Source of the DNA: Octopus sinensis
Taxonomy: Eukaryota
DNA: 64,000 nucleotides
Assembly: GCF_006345805.1 (NCBI RefSeq)
Contig: NC_043014.1
Coordinates: forward strand, 25,234,001-25,298,000
Direction of reading: 5' to 3'
Shown: piece after piece, positions 60,330 through 64,000 of the stretch
How positions within the stretch are numbered: position 1 is the stretch's first letter
Layout: each line of letters starts with the position of its first letter
Notes under the pieces: model-generated
Databases searched by the model: none
What the model was told of the DNA's origin: nothing
Seen by the model: the letters and a program-made list of their open reading frames with translations, nothing else
Made by a program: the position numbers and the translations under genes

Positions 60330-63300
60330 ATGTCCAGAACCTGGAGGAGCATGGAATTGGCATTGTTTTTAAGAGCCTGGTATTGTGCTGATGGAGATAA
60401 CCCGAAAAACATAATTACAGCTGCACTGAAGAGCAATGGTTGCACAAGGATGTTAGCACAGATAGAGCGAAAGAAGCAGGAGTTTATACGCTCCTATGCA
60501 CTCATAAGATCCCATATCAGCTCTCTCGATGCTATCTTTGACAACGAACAAAACAAAGATGACAAGGATGGAGGCATGGATGCAGATGAAAGATGTCACC
60601 CCCACTTGGTAGACACCCAGGACAACAAAGAAGATTCAAGTGAGAAACCTGCTCGGGAAGTAAACCCAAGTGCAAGTGCTCCTACCAGCATCAGAAGGCA
60701 AAACCACGGAGATGAAAGAGCCAACAAAGTAGGAAAAAGAAGGAAAAACTATAAGAAAAACAAGATGAAACAGCCAAAGAAGGAAAAACTATAAGAAAAA
60801 CAAGATGAAACAGCCAAAGAAGGAAAAACTAAAACTCAAACAAAACCAAAAGATGAAACAGCCAAGGAAAGAAGCAAACCTGACTATCCATATACCAAAA
60901 AGGATAGAAAGAGACAGCACACACGAATGTGTAAATTCTACCTGAAAGGTGTCTGCTGGCTTGGAGAGGAAGGTGCAGGCTGCCGTTTTGCACACCAAAG
61001 ACTCTGCCACATAAACATGAAACAGGTCAGAAACCACCTGCCAAAAGGAAAAGGAAAGGACTACGCACCACCTGCCCCAAAACAGAGGTATGTAGATGTA
61101 GTGCTTGTTACAAACCATCAACATATTATTGAAAGGGCAGCTGCTGAATAAGAATCTTTTTTGTGTATGGCACAAAAGATTGTACAGCAGCTAACCTGGC
61201 TCCATCAAACTCAGACTCACAGATGGGACTATCCACAATACACAAGACCACCACAGCAAATAGACCCAAGGTGGACACCACTGGCAATAACACACACATC
61301 ACCTCGATGCTCCTACTGAACATCAGAGGACTGCTAACACTCAGTAACAGGACAAAAATCCCTTTCTTGAGATACCTTGTTGCATGCAATCAAGCCTTAT
61401 TCATAGCACTTACGGAAACACACCTGAAACCGGATATAGCAGATGCGGAAATACACATACCACAGTATGTTGTATTATGGACCGACAGAAAAGAAAGGAG
61501 TCATGCTGGAGTTGCTATGTACATCCATAAGGACCTCACACCCCAGGTCGTTTTGTCATACTCAAATTCGGTGTGTGACACACTAATTGTACGTATAAGG
61601 CAATTTGGTGTAGTTATATGTGCTACATATCACCCTCCGGATGCTCCAAGTCATATAGGCAAGTTTGAAGACTGCCTTACAAAAATAGAAGTTCTAGTCA
61701 CATTAGAGCAACACATAAGTGTACTTCTTATGGGAGACTTCAATTAGCCCAATGTCAGATGGCCGAAGGGCCTTTCTCTCCCAGGAATGACACGATGCGA
61801 ACGAGGACAGGCAAGGTCCCTTCTGAACCTCATCAACACTCTGTGCATGGAGCAAATAATACTCCAACCAACCAGGGCAGGTAACATACTGGGTCTCTGC
61901 TTCACAAATAATATGGATCACATCCATAATATGAAAGTGACACCGACACTACTCTCGGATCACAACATGGTAGAGTTGACCATGTACGGGCCAAAGGAAA
62001 GCATGGACATGCAGCCTACAAGAAACTCTCAGAATCTTTCCAGCTTGAACTGGAAAGGCAAACTGGAAACAAATTGAGAAAGAGATTCTCAAACAAAACT
62101 GGCCTAAATGTCTCTCCTCACCAGACATCGACACTGTAGGATAGGGCCACTCCTTGAAAAAGATGGTACACTCACAGGAAATCTAATGAGGATAAGTGAA
62201 ATACTAAATGAGCAATTCAAAAGTATTTCACTCCACTCATTTTCAAGTCTGTAATGCAAGCCATATGCTATAAATGTGTCCCAGAGAGAAAGGCCACTGT
62301 ACACAAGAACAAAATCCCCAGAGAGAGGAATTTTCTCATGAGACGGCGTACAAAAGTTTCAAATCGCCTAAACAAACAAATTGAAAGCAGTGAAAAGTCC
62401 CACCTGAAAATAAAACTGCTGGAAATTGAAAAATGTCTGCAACTCTCCCATGAAAAAGAAAAGAGCAGACAAAGAAGCCTGGGCTATAGACAACATAAAA
62501 TCTAACCCCAGAGCTTTCTACAAGTTTGCCAAAGAAACAGCTACGGTGCACTGTAGGATAGGGCCACTCCTTGAAAAAGATGGTACACTCACAGGAAATC
62601 TAATGAGGATAAGTGAAATACTAAATGAGCAATTCAAAAGTATTTCACTCCACTCATTTTCAAGTCAGCAATCCAACTGACTTCTTTACCACTGCAGATA
62701 TAAAATCAGAGGCAACGATGATTGATTACATCAATATAAAGGAAGACGATGTAATAAGGGCTATAGATGAAATGAACCCAAACTCAGCTACTGGCCCCGA
62801 TGGATTCCCAGAAATCCTTCTAAAAGTATGTAAGAGAGTCCTAGCAAGACTACTGCAGTTCCTCTTTCAGAGCTTCCTTGCAACTGGCAAACTTCCAAGA
62901 AATCTGAAGGAGGGTAAAATATACCCTATTCATAAAGGAGGTAGCAGAGCAGAGGCCAAGAACTACAGACCTATCTCTTTGACCTCACACATCAGCAAGG
63001 TCATGGAACGAATAGTCATAAGGAAACTCATTGCCTTCCTTGAAGAAAATAACTTGCTGCCCGACACCCAACATGGTTTCCGACCAGGAAGAAGCTGCCT
63101 AACTCAGCTCCTACAACACTATGACTGGATGCTGAAACAACTGCTCAACCACTCAAATGTGGAAGTGATATATCTCGACTTTGCAAAGGTCTTTGATAAA
63201 GTCGATCATGGAATGATACATCACAAACTGCATGATCTTGGCATGGTTGGAAAATTGGGAGAATGGCATCATGACTTTCTGAAGGATAGAAGTCAGGTGG

Positions 63301-64000
63301 TAGTAGCCAATGGGGCCACCTCCATTAACACGCAAATAGTGAGCGGTGTTCCGCAAGGCACTGTTTTGGGACCACTACTGTTCATAATGGCCCTCTCAGA
63401 CATGCTCTCAGCCATGCAGAGAGCCACAATCACAAGTTATGCAGATGATACAAAAATTTCACAGGTAATACAGAACCCTGAAGACACTATGCACCTGCAA
63501 TGTGAGCTGGACAAAATATACAAGTGGGCTGAAAAGAATAGCATGCAGTTCAATGCTGAAAAGTTTCAAGCTTTATGCTATCAGCATGCAAAACTAAATG
63601 CAATACCCAATAAATACACTGGACCCGGAGAAATTGCAATCCCAGAGGCACAATCAGTGCGAAACCTAGGTATTTGCATGAATAATGATGCAACCTTTCA
63701 TGTGCATGTTGCTAAATTGGCAATGAAATATAGGTGGCTGACCGGATGGATTCTTAGAGCTTTTAGAACAAGAGACCAAGAAACCATGATGGTCCTCTGG
63801 CGGACACCTGTTCTAAGCCACCATTGCTCTCAGCTATGGTCATCAACCAGTGTCAAATTAATCACAGAACTTGAGGCGATCCAACAAAGCTACACAAAGA
63901 AGATAGCCTCTGTGCAGCATATAAGCTATTGGGAAAGACTCAAGAGATTAAGACTCTAGTCCTTAGAATGTAGGCGAGAAAGATATGCCATAATATACAT
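60330..64000 (+). mobile_element. Near full-length CR1-group LINE (ORF1-like region with CCCH finger, APE, RT), runs off window end
   Basis: CKFYLKGVCWLGEEGAGCRFAH (60930-60995); APE LLNIRGL, IALTETHL, MGDFN, SDHNMV; RT ORF 62625-63959 with TGPDGFP, YLDFAKVFDKVDH, VPQGTVLGPLLF, YADDTK; stops and frameshifts present. Confidence 0.94.

Overview
Eukaryotic, AT-rich, repeat-saturated DNA with no recognisable host gene. The SINE families, the RTE LINEs with (GAT)n tails and the dense (AT)n/(AC)n microsatellites point to an octopod cephalopod; this is an inference, not database-checked. The window holds 11 copies or fragments of one RTE LINE family, whose RT carries an inserted PHD-like C4HC3 finger. 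It also holds 4 CR1-group LINE copies (one with a CCCH finger upstream of the APE domain), a Tx1/L1-type RT fragment, 4 Penelope-like element (PLE) remnants, several Helitrons (one with a truncated PIF1-type helicase ORF), 3 tRNA-derived SINE families, MITE/TIR elements, and a ~2 kb inverted segmental duplication. The main unexpected signal is a set of type I hammerhead ribozyme (HHR) motifs in several unrelated non-coding repeat families. The strongest case is a tandem array at 8400-10089 of ~760-bp units. Each unit is a spacerless ~650-bp palindrome carrying an HHR on each strand, and the array starts at the predicted self-cleavage site. A second fold-back, retrozyme-like element (433-bp unit, HHR on both strands) lies at 39050-40180. 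All ribozyme calls are by-eye structure matches and are untested. The 8.4-10.1 kb array could be partly a long-read artefact.
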